Source: Octopus vulgaris
Lineage: Eukaryota
Direction: 5' to 3'
DNA length: 64,000 bases
Assembly (NCBI GenBank): GCA_951406725.2
Contig: OX597828.1
Span: 61,008,001 to 61,072,000 of the forward strand
The notes beneath the pieces were generated by a model. It saw nothing but the letters and a program-made list of their open reading frames with translations. It had not been told where the DNA came from and ran no database searches. Made by a program: the position numbers and the translations under genes. Positions 36,785 through 50,841 of the stretch are shown in pieces (the stretch's first letter is position 1; each line of letters starts with the position of its first letter).

Positions 36785-36991
36785 AACAAAATATGCGTTT
36801 TTGCAAGTTTCAGTACATAGAATTAACTCATAAATTATATGTAAAGTAATATATTTGTGAGGAATTAAATTGTTTTGGTATATTTCAATACATGCTGGAT
36901 GAATGATATCGTTATATTAGATCATTTTAAATTTGGGTATATTTGAAAAAGTAAGGAAACATCATCCCTATGTGTTCTCACATCACCAAAC

Positions 36992-37022
<31 letters not shown>

Positions 37023-37328
37023 CGTCCGTCCGGCCATCCTTCCATCCATCCACCCATCCACACTTGGTCTTTCTGTGGTCTTTCTGTTAGTAATAATAAT
37101 AGACTTTCCCGTCGAAGACGATGCATGAGCGTTCAACTTTTTTCGAACGATCTGCACAAAGGATTTGTTTATAGGGATCAAATGTATGTGTTATACATAA
37201 GCTCAGTCTCTCCATCAAATCAACGTTATCTGAACAGGTGCACGATTTACCACGCGTCAGGTGTCGAAGTGATCGCATCGCAACATGAGATCGTGAGCGC
37301 AACACTCTAACCACTAAGCCATGCATCG

Positions 37329-37395
<67 letters not shown>

Positions 37396-37528
37396 TAAAG
37401 GATTGATGTTACTTCTTTAAATATTACCAAAATGAAGAAGATTGAGATGTTATTTTGAACTTATGGAAGACACACGAAATGTCGAAATATTGTTCATTCG
37501 ATAACAGTCGCAATCTTCTTATTGTTTC

Positions 37529-37590
<62 letters not shown>

Positions 37591-37839
37591 CAACGGTTTC
37601 AAATTTTGGCACAAGGCCCGTAATTTTTCGGGGAGGGGTTAAGTCGATTACACCAACCCTAGTGTTCAACTGTTACTAAATTTGGTGGTGGTGGTGGTAG
37701 GGGACTAGTCGATTACATCGACCCCAGTATTTCACTTGTATTTAACTTGGGGTCAACGTAATCGACTCATTCCCTCCCCAAAAATGGCTGACCTGTGGTA
37801 AAATTTGAAACCATTATTATTATTAAATTATTAAATATT

Positions 37840-37915
<76 letters not shown>

Positions 37916-37919
37916 ATGC

Positions 37920-37965
<46 letters not shown>

Positions 37966-37971
37966 ATGTAA

Positions 37972-38128
37972 CAAAAGAAAAACAGGACGCAAAGGATTTT
38001 GCGGTACATATGTTTCGGGCTTTATTGAACAACTTATTCTTATATCAATGCATTCTTATAGAATAAGTTGCTCAATAAAGCCCGAAACATATGTACCGCA
38101 AAATCCTTTACGTCCTGTTTTTCTTTTG
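37972..38128. repeat. Hairpin with 69-bp arms, each carrying the 3' half of a hammerhead
   Basis: Arms 37972-38040 and 38060-38128 with 2 mismatches. CCC-GAAAC-ATAT-GTA-CCGC is present on both strands. Confidence 0.9.
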
Positions 38129-38328
38129 ATACATATATCCTATCACCTATACAGGTGCTTACATTTATCAAGTATTCACCCTGAATTTATTGTACCTATA
38201 TATATATATATATATATATATATCAGTCCCACTGCGTGGCACCTTGGGCAAGTGTCTTCTACTGTAGCCTCGCGCCGACCAAATCCTTGTAAGTGGATTC
38301 GGTTAACGGAAACTGAAAGAAGCCCGTC

Positions 38329-38368
<40 letters not shown>

Positions 38369-38470
38369 GACGGGCTTCTTTCAGTTTCCGTTAACCGAAT
38401 CCACTTACAAGGATTTGGTCGGCGCGAGGCTACAGTAGAAGACACTTGCCCAAGGTGCCACGCAGTGGGA

Positions 38471-38520
<50 letters not shown>

Positions 38521-38589
38521 TACAATAAATTCAGGGTGAATACTTGATAAATGTAAGCACCTGTATAGGTGATAGGATATATGTATCAA
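38126..38589. repeat. About 460-bp fold-back palindrome centred on (AT)n within a SINE
   Basis: SINE arm 38223-38329 is mirrored exactly at 38368-38474, and the outer unique arm is mirrored at about 38519-38589. Only the (TA)n lengths differ. Confidence 0.95.
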
Positions 38590-38592
38590 GAG

Positions 38593-38646
<54 letters not shown>

Positions 38647-38944
38647 CTGTGTAAGTGTGTGTGTGTGTGTGTGTGTGTATGTCTGTGTGTGTGTGTGTGT
38701 GTGTGTGTCTGTGTTTGTCTCCCTAACATTACTCGACAACCGATGGTGGTGCGTTTACGTCCCCGTAAACTAGCGGTTCGGCAAAGGAGACCGATAGAAT
38801 AAGTACTAGGTTTACAAAGAATAAGCCCTGGGGTCGATTTGACCGACTAAAGGCGGTGCTCCAGCATGGCCGCAGTCAAAATGGCTGAAACAAGTAAAAG
38901 TGTAAAAGAATAAAAAATATATATATATATATATATATAAAGAG

Positions 38945-38976
<32 letters not shown>

Positions 38977-39923
38977 GGAGAGAGAAAGAGGAGAGAAAAA
39001 GTGTGTGTCTGTGTGTATTTATATGTCTGCGTTTGTGTCTGTAATGTTTACTTAATGTGTAGGAGTTATCTTTCAGGAGCACCCATGTTTTGGACGAATT
39101 CTATTGTTTAACTCACTGTACAGATATAACGATTTTCTTTCGTACATTCTCATTTTGAAAATGCGAAATTAGTTCATAACTGTCACGTGATGGATAAGTG
39201 ACAGGAAGATGTCGTCAGCATTGTTATCTCTTTTTAAAGTTAGCTGGTAGAACGTCTGACTGAAGTTTCGGTCTGTTACTAACGTTAATTCACCAAAAGT
39301 GACAACTTCATTTTCTAAAGCATATTACTATGCCTTTTATGAATTATTTTTAAAACAATTTTATTTTCTAAACAAATTGTAAGGTTGCATTTTTGTTAAA
39401 TTCATTCTACTCTCCTTTTTTTTTATTTCGATCTCTACCTAGACATGCACTATGCTGACATTTAATAAATTTTCTAATATAATTTAATAAATTTTGCACT
39501 GAAGAGAATATACTTTCATTTTACAATGTCAAGCGATAATTTAGAAATATCATCTCAACTCCTGTATATGTCAAGATAAAAACGAATAAGAAAATTAAGC
39601 AAAAAAATTCCTATTCGTGTATGAGTAAGCTTACAGTTATTTATTTATATATTTTTACTTTTACGCCTACCTGTTTTGAGCGGAGCGGCTATCCTAAAGT
39701 TTAGACGTTTTACGCTCACAAATATCTACCACACCTTCATTTGAATTTTGTATAAATCTGTTCGTAGTTACTAATTCTGACTCATGTCTTCCAGCTGGTA
39801 CTTTAGGAAGTGTGTGGTATCGATTCACAGGATAAGTATTTCTTTTTGTTGTTGCAAGCATAACAATAATAAACGTGATAAACATTGTACAGTTTGGTTA
39901 CGGTCGGCGAATATAAATATATT

Positions 39924-40556
39924 TGGCATACCTACACAAGTGTGCCCTGCCCGAATTTGTTTCCTCGTAACTTCCCCAGAAATGCATATGTTTTAATGAA
40001 ATTTTTTACAAATACATTTCAGATAGTGCAGATTACGATTATATAAGTTTTGAGGGTGGGAAGTTACGGAAATTCTCACGAATTGGTTTTCTTTCCTCAT
40101 AACTTTTTTTAATGAAATTTTCTACAAATACTTTCAGGTGGTGTAGATTATGATTATATCGGATTTGAAAATGAAAAAAACTAAAAAAACTACTGGCTTT
40201 GAAATTTGAAGTTTCTTTTTGTGATGTGTGTCAGTATGTATGTGTGGGAGCCCTCCAATTTTTTTTCCATATAAAATTTCGATATAACTAATCTGCATCG
40301 TCTTAAAAGTGTTTGTAGAAAATCTCATTAAAAATTGTCTCTGAAAGTGATCAGGAAACACATATGACTCGTATGAGTTTTCCGAAACTTCTCTCCATAT
40401 CCCCTGAAAATTTTCTTTTCATAAAAATTTCCGATAAAATCGGAATCTACACCATCTGAAGCGTAATTGTAGAAAATGTCATTAATAACTATTCCTTTTT
40501 CTAGAAGTTATGAGAACACAAAGTCGAGTGAGGGACACACTTGCATAGGTATGCCA
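39924..40556. mobile_element. MITE-like non-autonomous DNA transposon
   Basis: TGGCATACCTACACAAGTGTG / CACACTTGCATAGGTATGCCA ends and about 120-bp imperfect inverted arms. The block TTAATGAAATTTTCTACAAA...CAG.TGGTGTAGATT occurs twice in each orientation. Confidence 0.75.
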
Positions 40557-43500
40557 TATATTTTATCCCTGCTTTATTCGATAGTGAATTAAGCATAAAA
40601 ATTTGCCGACAAAGTCGCTATTCCAATAAAGATTAAAGTGGGAAGCTGCATATTGTGATCATTTTGAGGCGAAACCTTTTCAATAACAATAACCTACTGA
40701 TAACATTATCCACGATTACAATCAGCAGCATCCATTCTATTTAGAGAATAATTCCAATATGCCATCCAGATGATATACAATATTATAGATGTCTCTTAGT
40801 TTCTTGAATTAAAAAAAAATTAAAAGTAGTAAAGTTTGGAGTAATTTCAAGGACAACTATTTTCTCTTTCGATTATCCTATTTCTGATTTTTATATTGAG
40901 TAATGTATCTCTTATAAATAAACATTACATATTTTGAGGCTAAGAATTTAATTTTCTCTCTTTAAAACCCAGTACTAGATACATCATCTGGTATAATATT
41001 GTTCTGTCAGACGTTGCCAACAGTTGTTAGAATTATTTTAATTTTAGTGAAGCATGTTACTGTGAATCATGCAAATGTTTCGTATTTCTTGTCGACAAAA
41101 TGGCGAAAGATTATTCTGAAAAATGGCAGAGGAGATGTATGTGCTGCCAGACACATTCTACCTCGCAGCTCTTATTCTTGCATATAACAATTTCTGTTCC
41201 GATCAAACTGAGTAGGGATCAAGTTTGGGAGCCTAGGACACTGGACCTTTCCAGTTTTAGTTGGAACAGAAACCTGTTGAAAATCACTTGCAAATTCGTT
41301 AGCTTCCACCTGATTTCAGACAACTCCATGTTCTTTTATGTCTTAATTTAAATGTTGATTGACAGTACTCATGATCTTTTGAAAGTATCTCCGAAACTAG
41401 CGAACAGAAAAATTGAAGGACCAAGTGTCATAGCTGCAATAGGATTAGTGTGTTATGCTCAAATCTGGGACTGTATCTGTATTGCGACTAGAGGAATCAA
41501 TGCAAAGCCTATGATCCCTTTACTTGCAACACAGTGGTATTACTAAACAGAGCGACAGTTAGCCCATGTAAACATTTTCAAAAGTTTAGCACATAAATGC
41601 ATATGCACCTGTCTAGACCTGCTACTATATTTTGAACACTCATACATAAAGCAGAACTCACAGATCTACACATGTACTGACGTCAAATACATGCGCATAT
41701 ATGCATAAACATGCCCAACTGCCCTGTAGATACTGTTGAAGTTCCAATGAAGTAGTCCTGGATCTAGGTGAGAGACCGGCAACCTCTCTATGGTATCAAA
41801 TTTTGGTAACATATTGCACCTGAACGTCTCACAAGACTGAACATATTTACGCTTTTTAATAATTTTGAGCCTTCTGCTGATTGTGTATGTCATAATCTTG
41901 CAGCCGGTTTAGCTTACGCCCAAATCCGGTGCTGATTTCAAGTGATAATCTGACTATATTCTCCAATTTGATGAACAGTCATATATACGGCTACGTTTTT
42001 TTGATAGCAAATCATATAATCCAATTCTTAGTCAGAGATTCCATTAAAACTTAAGCATATTTAATCCGTGAAAGGGAGCTTTAAAGTGGGCGACAGGTCT
42101 GGTAGGGCTGGTTGAGTTCCCAGCAAGATTCAAAGATGAAAGTTCAATTTCCGGATGAACTTGCCCATTTAATTTCTCGTACTTGCTATTTCCATCTTGA
42201 AACAGATGAATCTACCAAAATCATTGCTCTTTCAGAACACAGTACTTGAATTTCTGCCCTTTGGTAAGTAACCAAGCACATCATTAAGGGATAGATGCTT
42301 TAAATATTTTTATCATCATTTTATGTGAGTGCATCGGGAAGGATATTCTGTTTCATAACAGTTTGCCATACTAACAACAAGAGCCTCTTGTCTTCTCTTT
42401 GTTACAAACTGCTTCTCGTATTCGGCTCCTCTTGACGACTACTTATTTAGAAGACCGTTGTGCTGCCTGGCAAAAGAAACAGACGAGAACATCAGAGTAA
42501 ACTTGTTCCTAACTAAGTGGTCCAAGACTGCATATAAACTTCTGTATCTGTATGAGCGAGTGTGTGTGTGTATATGTGTGTATGAGAGAAAGAGAGAGAG
42601 AGAGAAAGAGAGAGAGGGGGAGAGAGAGGCTGAGACAGTGTGCGTGTATGTCTGTGTGTGAGAGAGAGTGGCTGAAACTGTGTATATGTGTGTGTGTGCT
42701 TGTGTGTATGTGTGTGCGTGCGTGCATGCGTATGTGTGCTCCCGTGCGCATTTATTTGTTTCTGTATGTCAACATTTTGTGATTTTTCTATGGTGTGTCA
42801 ACACTGTCTAGTGCGTGGCAACATCGCGTTGCCTGCTGAGTAGAATAAGGGGATGTGGTGGTGTTACTAGTGGAAGTGGTAGCGGTGGTGATGATGTGTA
42901 TATATGTGCATTTGTGTTTGTTTATATCTGTGTATGTATGTCTGTGTATATATGCGGTATGTGTGTGTGTGCGTTTGAGTATGTGTGAGTGTACGTGTGC
43001 GCGCCCGCGTGCGTTTTTTCAATTTACGGTGTTCGCCAAACATATGTTGTCAGTAATTGTTTTTCAGTTCTATGGTTTCATGTATTTAATAGATGCACGT
43101 GCAATTAACTTTATGTAAGCTACACTGACAGCCGAGTTAATGAAGTCTCCTCTAAGCGTCACACCCTACTCTCTTTAAAACAAAAAGCCCATTGCATATT
43201 GTAGAACGAGATACAAAATGCTATGTGTTATTGGTTGAAGAGCTCGTTTCGTAATTATGTTCCGAGTTCGATCCTATTGCGAGGCATCTTAAGCAAGTGT
43301 CTTGGATCTACCTAAATTTCAAAGGGTCTGATTTGTATCGTGGTTGTCTTTAAGGCTAGCTTATTTTCTAATATGTCACTTTCTGGAAATGACTGTCAGT
43401 TCAAACACATCTCCGTTCATCCTTCTCTTTCGGAACAATAAGACGTACAGAGACTAGCACATATGTTCTGCTGATCTCTCATGCAATCTCCTTCTGGTTT

Positions 43501-44621
43501 ATGAAAGACGTTTAAACAAGAAAGTAAAACATTCTGAAAATGAGTTTATTACGGCATCATGAATATACTTTTAATTTGGTTCCTCTTAGTGTCATTCATT
43601 ACATCATCTTTATATTTACATACACTAATTACATCTCAGTCTTGCCAACGAAGTAGACTATACATTACTGAAAAGGTCTAATAAGATCGAGACGTGACTA
43701 TTGCTTTCAGCATTTAACTTTAAAGACAAAATCCATTCCTACCTGCTTTATTTTTATTTTCCCAAAATTTCAATGAATTGAATTTATTGGAATTTTTTCT
43801 CGTGCGAATTGCTTTTAGATTTTAAGCACCTCATATAAGACGTTTTTGTCTCTCAGTGTAGCGTGAATAATCTCAGTGACTCGTAAACTTATTCAAATCG
43901 TTATATTACATAAGTGACACGATAGCTTTTTTGAAATGTCTACTTCCCTATTAAACCCCTTTATCTTGTCACTAGCTGCTATAAAGGGTTAGTTATAATT
44001 TCGGCTCCTACCCAGTACCTGTAAACTTTTTCTACTGTGACTGGTAGCTGTCAACATTCTCGAATATAATTACACAATAAACACCGGTTCAGTTACTGAA
44101 GATCGTTGGGTGAGGTGAGATAATGTCTACGCCAGCTAAAGGAATGTGAACTGTTGTATGACAAACGATATAACACTTAACTTGTCTATTACAAAACCTT
44201 TGACTATCACCTACACTTCCGCCATTAATCTACTGTCGCCATAACAACCATGACAATGATTACCAAAAGCCACAACTACCACCAGTGTGTTTCCAAACGG
44301 TCAGTCGTCCTGCAAGAAATAGCAGCTAAATCTCGCTCATATAATACCGTACTGTCTTAAAAAAGAGCGCAACATTTAATCTAGTTCTCGATATTGCTAA
44401 GTAAGACGGGATGATCAAAGTTGAGATAGGTTTGCTAAACAACAACAACAACAGAAGTACTGCAGCTGCTGCTGTACGATATAAAATCATTACAAGAGAA
44501 ACGAATGAATAAATAGATGAATATGTTGCTGGTGGGTGTCGAAAAAATAGGGGTGACATCAATATTATGTATGTATGAATGTATGTATGCGTGTGTGTGT
44601 ATGTATGTAGGCCTGTATGTA

Positions 44622-44766
<145 letters not shown>

Positions 44767-45918
44767 TGCGTGTGTGTATGTGTGTGTGTGCCTTTTATCT
44801 TTTTCTTGATTCAACCACTAGACTACGGCCATGCTGGGGCATTGCCTTGAAAAATTAAAAAAAAAGCTTAGTACTTACTCTATCGGACACTTTTGCCGAA
44901 CCGCTAAGTTACATGTTGTGGGGAGGAGCACTAACACAGACGTGAAGACGCGCTCACACACACACACACACACACGTCTATATTTATGAAAAACTTTGAG
45001 AAGTTTCACATAAGTAAATTTTTGTTAAAAACGTCAGGAAAAGAGTGCTTTGAGAACTTTAACTTAACAAAGAGGTGAAAATGATTACATTTTAAACAAA
45101 AGATGCCACTATATTCTATTGTCTAGATCAAAGTGAGGAGCTGAGAAACCGGCTCAGATTAAATTAACTTTTCTGGAAGGCAGTTTTGAAAGTTCACGTG
45201 TTTTTCAAACTAAACTTTCATAGTAGTGACTGTTGATCTTCCTCCGACAGCTGTTGTAGTCCTAGATGCAACATCAGTAGCAGCAGCTGTAGTAGTGGTC
45301 CATTGTTTCTCATCGGCAATGTTTATATTAAGGTTTGATTTTTAAAGGTGAGTAGACGTATAATTGTGATGGCGATAGTGGTGGGAACAATTGTAGTAGT
45401 CGTAGTAGTAGCTGAGGTATTAAGTTGTAGTAGTAGCCGTATGTGCAACAATAGCAGGAGCGGTAACAGCAGTCCCAGCGGCCTGCAGTGTCAATAGCGC
45501 AAAGATTTAATCGATCAAATCCACCTCAGTACATATTTTAAAGCCTGTAACTCATTCTGTCGACTTCTAATAGCCGAATCACCAAGTAAACTAGTTATAC
45601 TAATAACTCAAACACAATTCTAATACTGTCTTTTAAAAAAAGAACCCCATCAGAGAAACGTAGACACCCAATGGTACCAACACAACAAGAGAAACTCAAA
45701 ATAATACAATTTTAAAATTTATCACAGTAAACATTAAGTTCACAGTTAATAAGTATACTATTCGACTTGTGAACTTTCGAAACTGTCATCATGAAAGATT
45801 AATTTAATTTCATTTTATTCAGTTCAATTGTCCCTTATTTATTTAGATTATCATATATTATTTTAACAACTGAAACCGATAGCAGCGTTTGATAAAAATA
45901 TACCTCTCTCTCTCTCTT

Positions 45919-45984
<66 letters not shown>

Positions 45985-46041
45985 TGTGAGAGTGTGTGCG
46001 TGTGTGCGTGCGTATGTGCGTGACAATTATTCGGTAGCCAT

Positions 46042-46098
46042 GATAAAACTCCGAGTTTCGGATGCCAGGAAATCTACGCCGCCATCTCTTCAGTTATC
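46042..46098 (-). ncRNA. Type-I hammerhead ribozyme motif (canonical core)
   Basis: The minus strand reads GAUAA-CUGAAGA-GAUG...CAUC-c-GAAAC-UCGGA-GUU/UUAUC with a perfect 5-bp stem I. It overlaps the left arm of a perfect 32-bp inverted repeat (46020-46051 / 46119-46150). Confidence 0.8.
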
Positions 46099-46222
46099 CA
46101 GCCATCGGAAAAGATTCCGAGTTTTATCATGGCTACCGAATAATTGTCACATATTTACATTTCAGATAAATTCCTCTATTTACATAATATCGAGGCCTCT
46201 TTCATTCTTTTGTGGTCTTACC

Positions 46223-46275
<53 letters not shown>

Positions 46276-46289
46276 TATATATAAACTAA

Positions 46290-47250
46290 ATTAGAGATAA
46301 AACCACTATTAGGCAACTTAAACAGTGATAGACATAAACCAATACATAAATAACAAAAAATATAAATATAATTAATATAATATATAATATATATATAAAA
46401 TATAAAATTTAAAATTTTAATTTTTAAAGTTTTATATTTTTAAAATTAAAAATTTTTAAAATTAAAATTTTGTTTTTTACTAACCAAAAGGTATAAAAAA
46501 GATAAATATAATATAATAAGTAAAAACATTACGTACGTTTCATGGCTATAATTAAATTCGAATTACAATTAAATTTAAATTCAATTGAAAATTCGAATTA
46601 AAATTATAGTTAATGATAATAGTTAAATAAATAAGCAAATAGAGTTAAACAATATTTTTAAATAAATAAATAAAATAAAATAATAATTTTTCTTATAAAA
46701 AAACCTATTATCTAAATTAGAAAACTTAAAACATTAGGATTATGTCATACAACCCATTTATTATGTTAAATATTTATTTTTGAGGTAAAAAATAGATAGA
46801 AATATGTATTTATCTATTAAGATATAATATGGCTTTAAAAAACATAATAAACTCACGAATATCGAAAACTCAGTTATAGTCCAATATCTAATTACCAAAT
46901 TATTTAACAAAATAATCACTATTCATATTTTTAGATTTAAGTTCACATCTAATAATTATAAAATATTTAAAAATAATAACTAAATTATTATCAACAAATA
47001 TAGTAATTAAAATCTAAAATTTACTCTATCAATAAATATATAGACATATAATGAAAAATAAATAAATTAATTAGTCCATTATTAATACATACATAAATTA
47101 ATTAGTCCATTATTACTTACATAAATATTAAATATTAATATAATATATTTATGAAATACATTAAAAAATTAAGGATTAAAAATCAAATTGTAAAGGTATA
47201 ACCTATCTTAAAAGAACCGTATAACTATTTTACGATCTATATATCTCGTT
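46290..47250 (-). pseudogene. Extremely AT-rich decayed Penelope-like relic with hammerhead remnant
   Basis: Minus-strand peptide traces LIDRVK, VDNNLV and LDVNLNL resemble the PLE RT FLDV.L motif. GAAAC-GUAC-GUA follows a long hairpin at about 46526-46615, with the CUGANGA lost. Confidence 0.5.
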
Positions 47251-47659
47251 GGCTAAGTAATATCTTTGAATTCATACAGCTTGCAGTATCTGACATTTAG
47301 ACTCATTTTGAAAGAGTATTATCGATACGAATTATAACATTGTGGTGGGAAAAGTAATCAGTAAAGAAAGAGAAAAAAAGTTACCATAAATTGTTCAAAA
47401 GTAACCCCCATGTCAAAAATGTAACGAGGCTTTCCTCCAACATATGTATATATTATTTTGGTTGCAAATATATAAGTGTGTGTATATATATGATTTTGCT
47501 GACGTATAAATTTATATCTTAGATTTTGCAGTTATTATTATATTAAGGTTTAAATATATGTCATTATATTACTCTAATTCATTGTACGGAGATCCGTTTC
47601 GATTCACTTTTTGTGTTATTCTGTTACTTATTTCATTCTTTCATACATATATAAATAAA

Positions 47660-47772
47660 TACATACATACATACATACATACATACATACATACATACAT
47701 ACACACACACATACATACACACACACATACATACATACATACATACATACATACATACATACATACATACAT

Positions 47773-47803
<31 letters not shown>

Positions 47804-47935
47804 TACATACATACATACATACATACATACATACATACATACATACATACATACATACATACATGCATACATACATACATACATACATGCATGCATGCAT
47901 GCATGCATACATACATACATACATACATACATACA

Positions 47936-47964
<29 letters not shown>
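47660..47964. repeat. (TACA)n microsatellite
   Basis: Direct read. The complementary (TGTA)n tract is at about 49363-49545. Confidence 0.95.
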
Positions 47965-47966
<2 letters not shown>

Positions 47967-47977
47967 GTGTGTATGCA

Positions 47978-49233
47978 CAGGATGCCAAGGGTAAATTGTC
48001 ACCATTTTATATTTGTAATTTCGCGCATGCACATTCTTTGTTTTTGATTTTGTCGACTGGACACCGTCTGTGAGAAAAAAAAAAAGCACAATGACACAAT
48101 TGACTGCCAGAAATTTGGAAACGACATGCTGTACTGCTTGGCATTCATGCTGGAAGCTCCAATACGAACATTTCAGAGTGTTTGGGTGTCAATCTGAGGA
48201 GAGTGCAGAGGATTCGGAAAGAGTTGGATGAATCTAATGGTGATTACGAAGGTACTGCAGCTTGGAAAACTCACTCTGATTGTTCTGATAAGAAAAGAAC
48301 TCATGAATTTGTTGGTGAGAACCAGGCCATAGTTGGCAATGATCCGTCCAAGTCAATCAAGTCCATCGCAAGGGACATGGGAATGTCTGAGTTTCTTGTT
48401 AGGCTGGTAGTGTTTGAAGATATTTGGTATTCCTCATACAAGATGAGAAAGGAACAATTTTTATTACAAGCAATCAAGGACACAAGGAAAGACCGCGCTA
48501 CTAAGCTTTTGAACAAGCTCAAGCTTCCCCTCCAACCTGCTTTGATTTTTCTCAGACGAGAAAAATTTCTGCTAGGATCAGATGATGAACACACAGAGCA
48601 ACTGTTGGCTTCCAAAAACATGTACCGAGAGTGATAAAAACCAAACATCCACTTAACATCATGGTGTTTGGAGTGATCACTAGTAATGGCGACGTTACGC
48701 CTCCATTCATCTTCCCACATAGCCTCACACTCAACACGAAGGTCTACATCACGGGCCTGGAGGAGGTAGTGCTGCCCAGGGTCACGAGGGTGGCTGCTGG
48801 AAGACTTTATGTCTGACAACAGGACTCTGTACCATGCTACACAAGCAGGAGGACCCAGTCATGGTTGTCAGACAATTTCTGCGACCACATCACCCCTAAC
48901 ATCTGGCCACCTAAATCCCCAGACTGCAACCTCCCTGATTATTATGAGTGGGGCGAGAGACCAACAAAAGTCCTTGTAATACCAAAGATGAACTGAAGGC
49001 AAAGATTATGGTAGCATTCACCAACTTAAAAAAGGAGACCGCCAAGAAGAGTTGCTGGCGATTCCGACGTCGTCTGGAGACCGTAGTTGATGCCAGTGGC
49101 GATCTTATTGAATAAATTTACTCTCTAGTATTTCAAGATACTTTTATGTAATTTTGGTAAATAGATCTGTTAAAATGATATTGTGAGTGTTATTTTCATT
49201 GTTCGTAATTTAGACGTAATTCACCGCACCCTG
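47978..49233 (+). mobile_element. maT-type (DD37D) Tc1/mariner transposon, inactivated
   Basis: KHPLNIMVFGVIT, then QQD-37 aa-D ending WPPKSPDCNLPDY. Degenerate TIRs CAGG... / ...CCCTG-TA. Stops and frameshifts are present. Confidence 0.9.
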
Positions 49234-49617
49234 TATATTTAATACCCTGGTGTTGGATGTATAATTTAACAAAGCTGGGTGAAATAAGTATTTACACGAC
49301 GCAATACGATCAGATCCAAGGTTCATTCACTGGAATTTCAACATCAACAACAGGGTATTTTTGTATGTATGTATGTATGTATGTATGTATGTATGTATGT
49401 ATGTATGTATGTATGTATGTATGTATGTATGTATGTATGTATGCATGCATGCATGTATGTATGCATGTATGTATGTATGTATGTATTTATGTATGTATGT
49501 ATTTATGTATGTATGTATGTATGTATGTATGTTTATATGTATGTATGTGCAGATTTGTATGTTTTATGTATGCATTCTCATACATTTAGTTACATATCTA
49601 GACATGCTCATATATAT

Positions 49618-50460
49618 TTAAATGATAAACTTCTGGAAAGTTTTACAGAGTTTTACAGTTCCAGTGATGGATTGGATCTGTATTCTTCGAATTAGCTTTC
49701 TCCTTTCTGGTTTTGAGAAGCCTAATTTCTCAAGATTGGTATTTAGGCAGTGTGTTACATATCCCAGGGCCCCAATAATTACAGATATAAACCTGAACTT
49801 GTAATCTGGATGGAGTAACTGCAGATTTCTCAATAGTTCAGCATAAGTGTTCTCTTTTTCATTGATCTTCAGCTTTATGTTAACATCCGCTGGGCAGCTG
49901 ATTTCAACAACTGTGCACAGTTTCTCTTCTCTATCCCAAATCATTGATACAGGTCTGTTGTGCTTACATTTTATTGAGGTCTTCAATGGTTCATTCCACC
50001 AGTATTCCTTTATATTATGAGTGGCTATAGCTTCTACCATATTGTGTGTTCATATTTCTTTGTTCTCGAGATTATCCTTCCGACGGATTTCATTATAGAG
50101 TGTCCTAGCTACAACGTCATGTCTTATCGGTAGATAATACCGTGAATGACATTTTCGGACAACTGCTTATGATGTAGGGGATATCTTCCATGTTAACTCC
50201 ACAAAGTCTCCACAAAGTTGTCACATTTTACTGATTTTCCTGCATCGCTATCCCTTTTGTGCATCAGGTATTTGCTTGATATTTCCTGTTCCTGGACTGC
50301 AAACACATACCCTTGAAAGTGGGAGGTAGGAATCCGGTTATTGGTCCATGAAAGACTGCTTTGATGTTCAATGTTACTATCATCTCAGAGCTTTCTACTA
50401 ACATATCCGTGCATAGTCTTCTGCTCATATTGACTCATCCTTTCATCTGATGATACGTTG
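49618..50460 (-). pseudogene. Dong/R4-clade LINE fragment: CCHC plus restriction-like endonuclease
   Basis: RHDVVA, WWNEP, HNRP(D lost), VVEISCP, EKENTY and VIIGALG. Confidence 0.88.
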
Positions 50461-50489
50461 CGGTAGAGTCTTATGTGTGTGTGTGTGTG

Positions 50490-50556
<67 letters not shown>

Positions 50557-50781
50557 TAACCACATAAATATTCTATATCTTGTCTGGATACGAATGTGTA
50601 TTTAGTAGTTAAGCGTTCAAAAATGTGACGCCTAATTAGCAGAATAATCGAGATTATCGTGAGGGATTTTACTGCCGTGGAAGCAGTCGAAACAACACGG
50701 TCACAGATGCTCTCAATTCTCTTGTAAGATATCTTACAGAGACACACAGACACACCTCAGTATTGTATAAATATATGTTGC

Positions 50782-50841
<60 letters not shown>

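Noticed and set aside
40975-42480. Possible ancient hAT transposase relic on the minus strand
   Set aside because: Only vague peptide hints amid many stops; a profile-HMM search would be needed.
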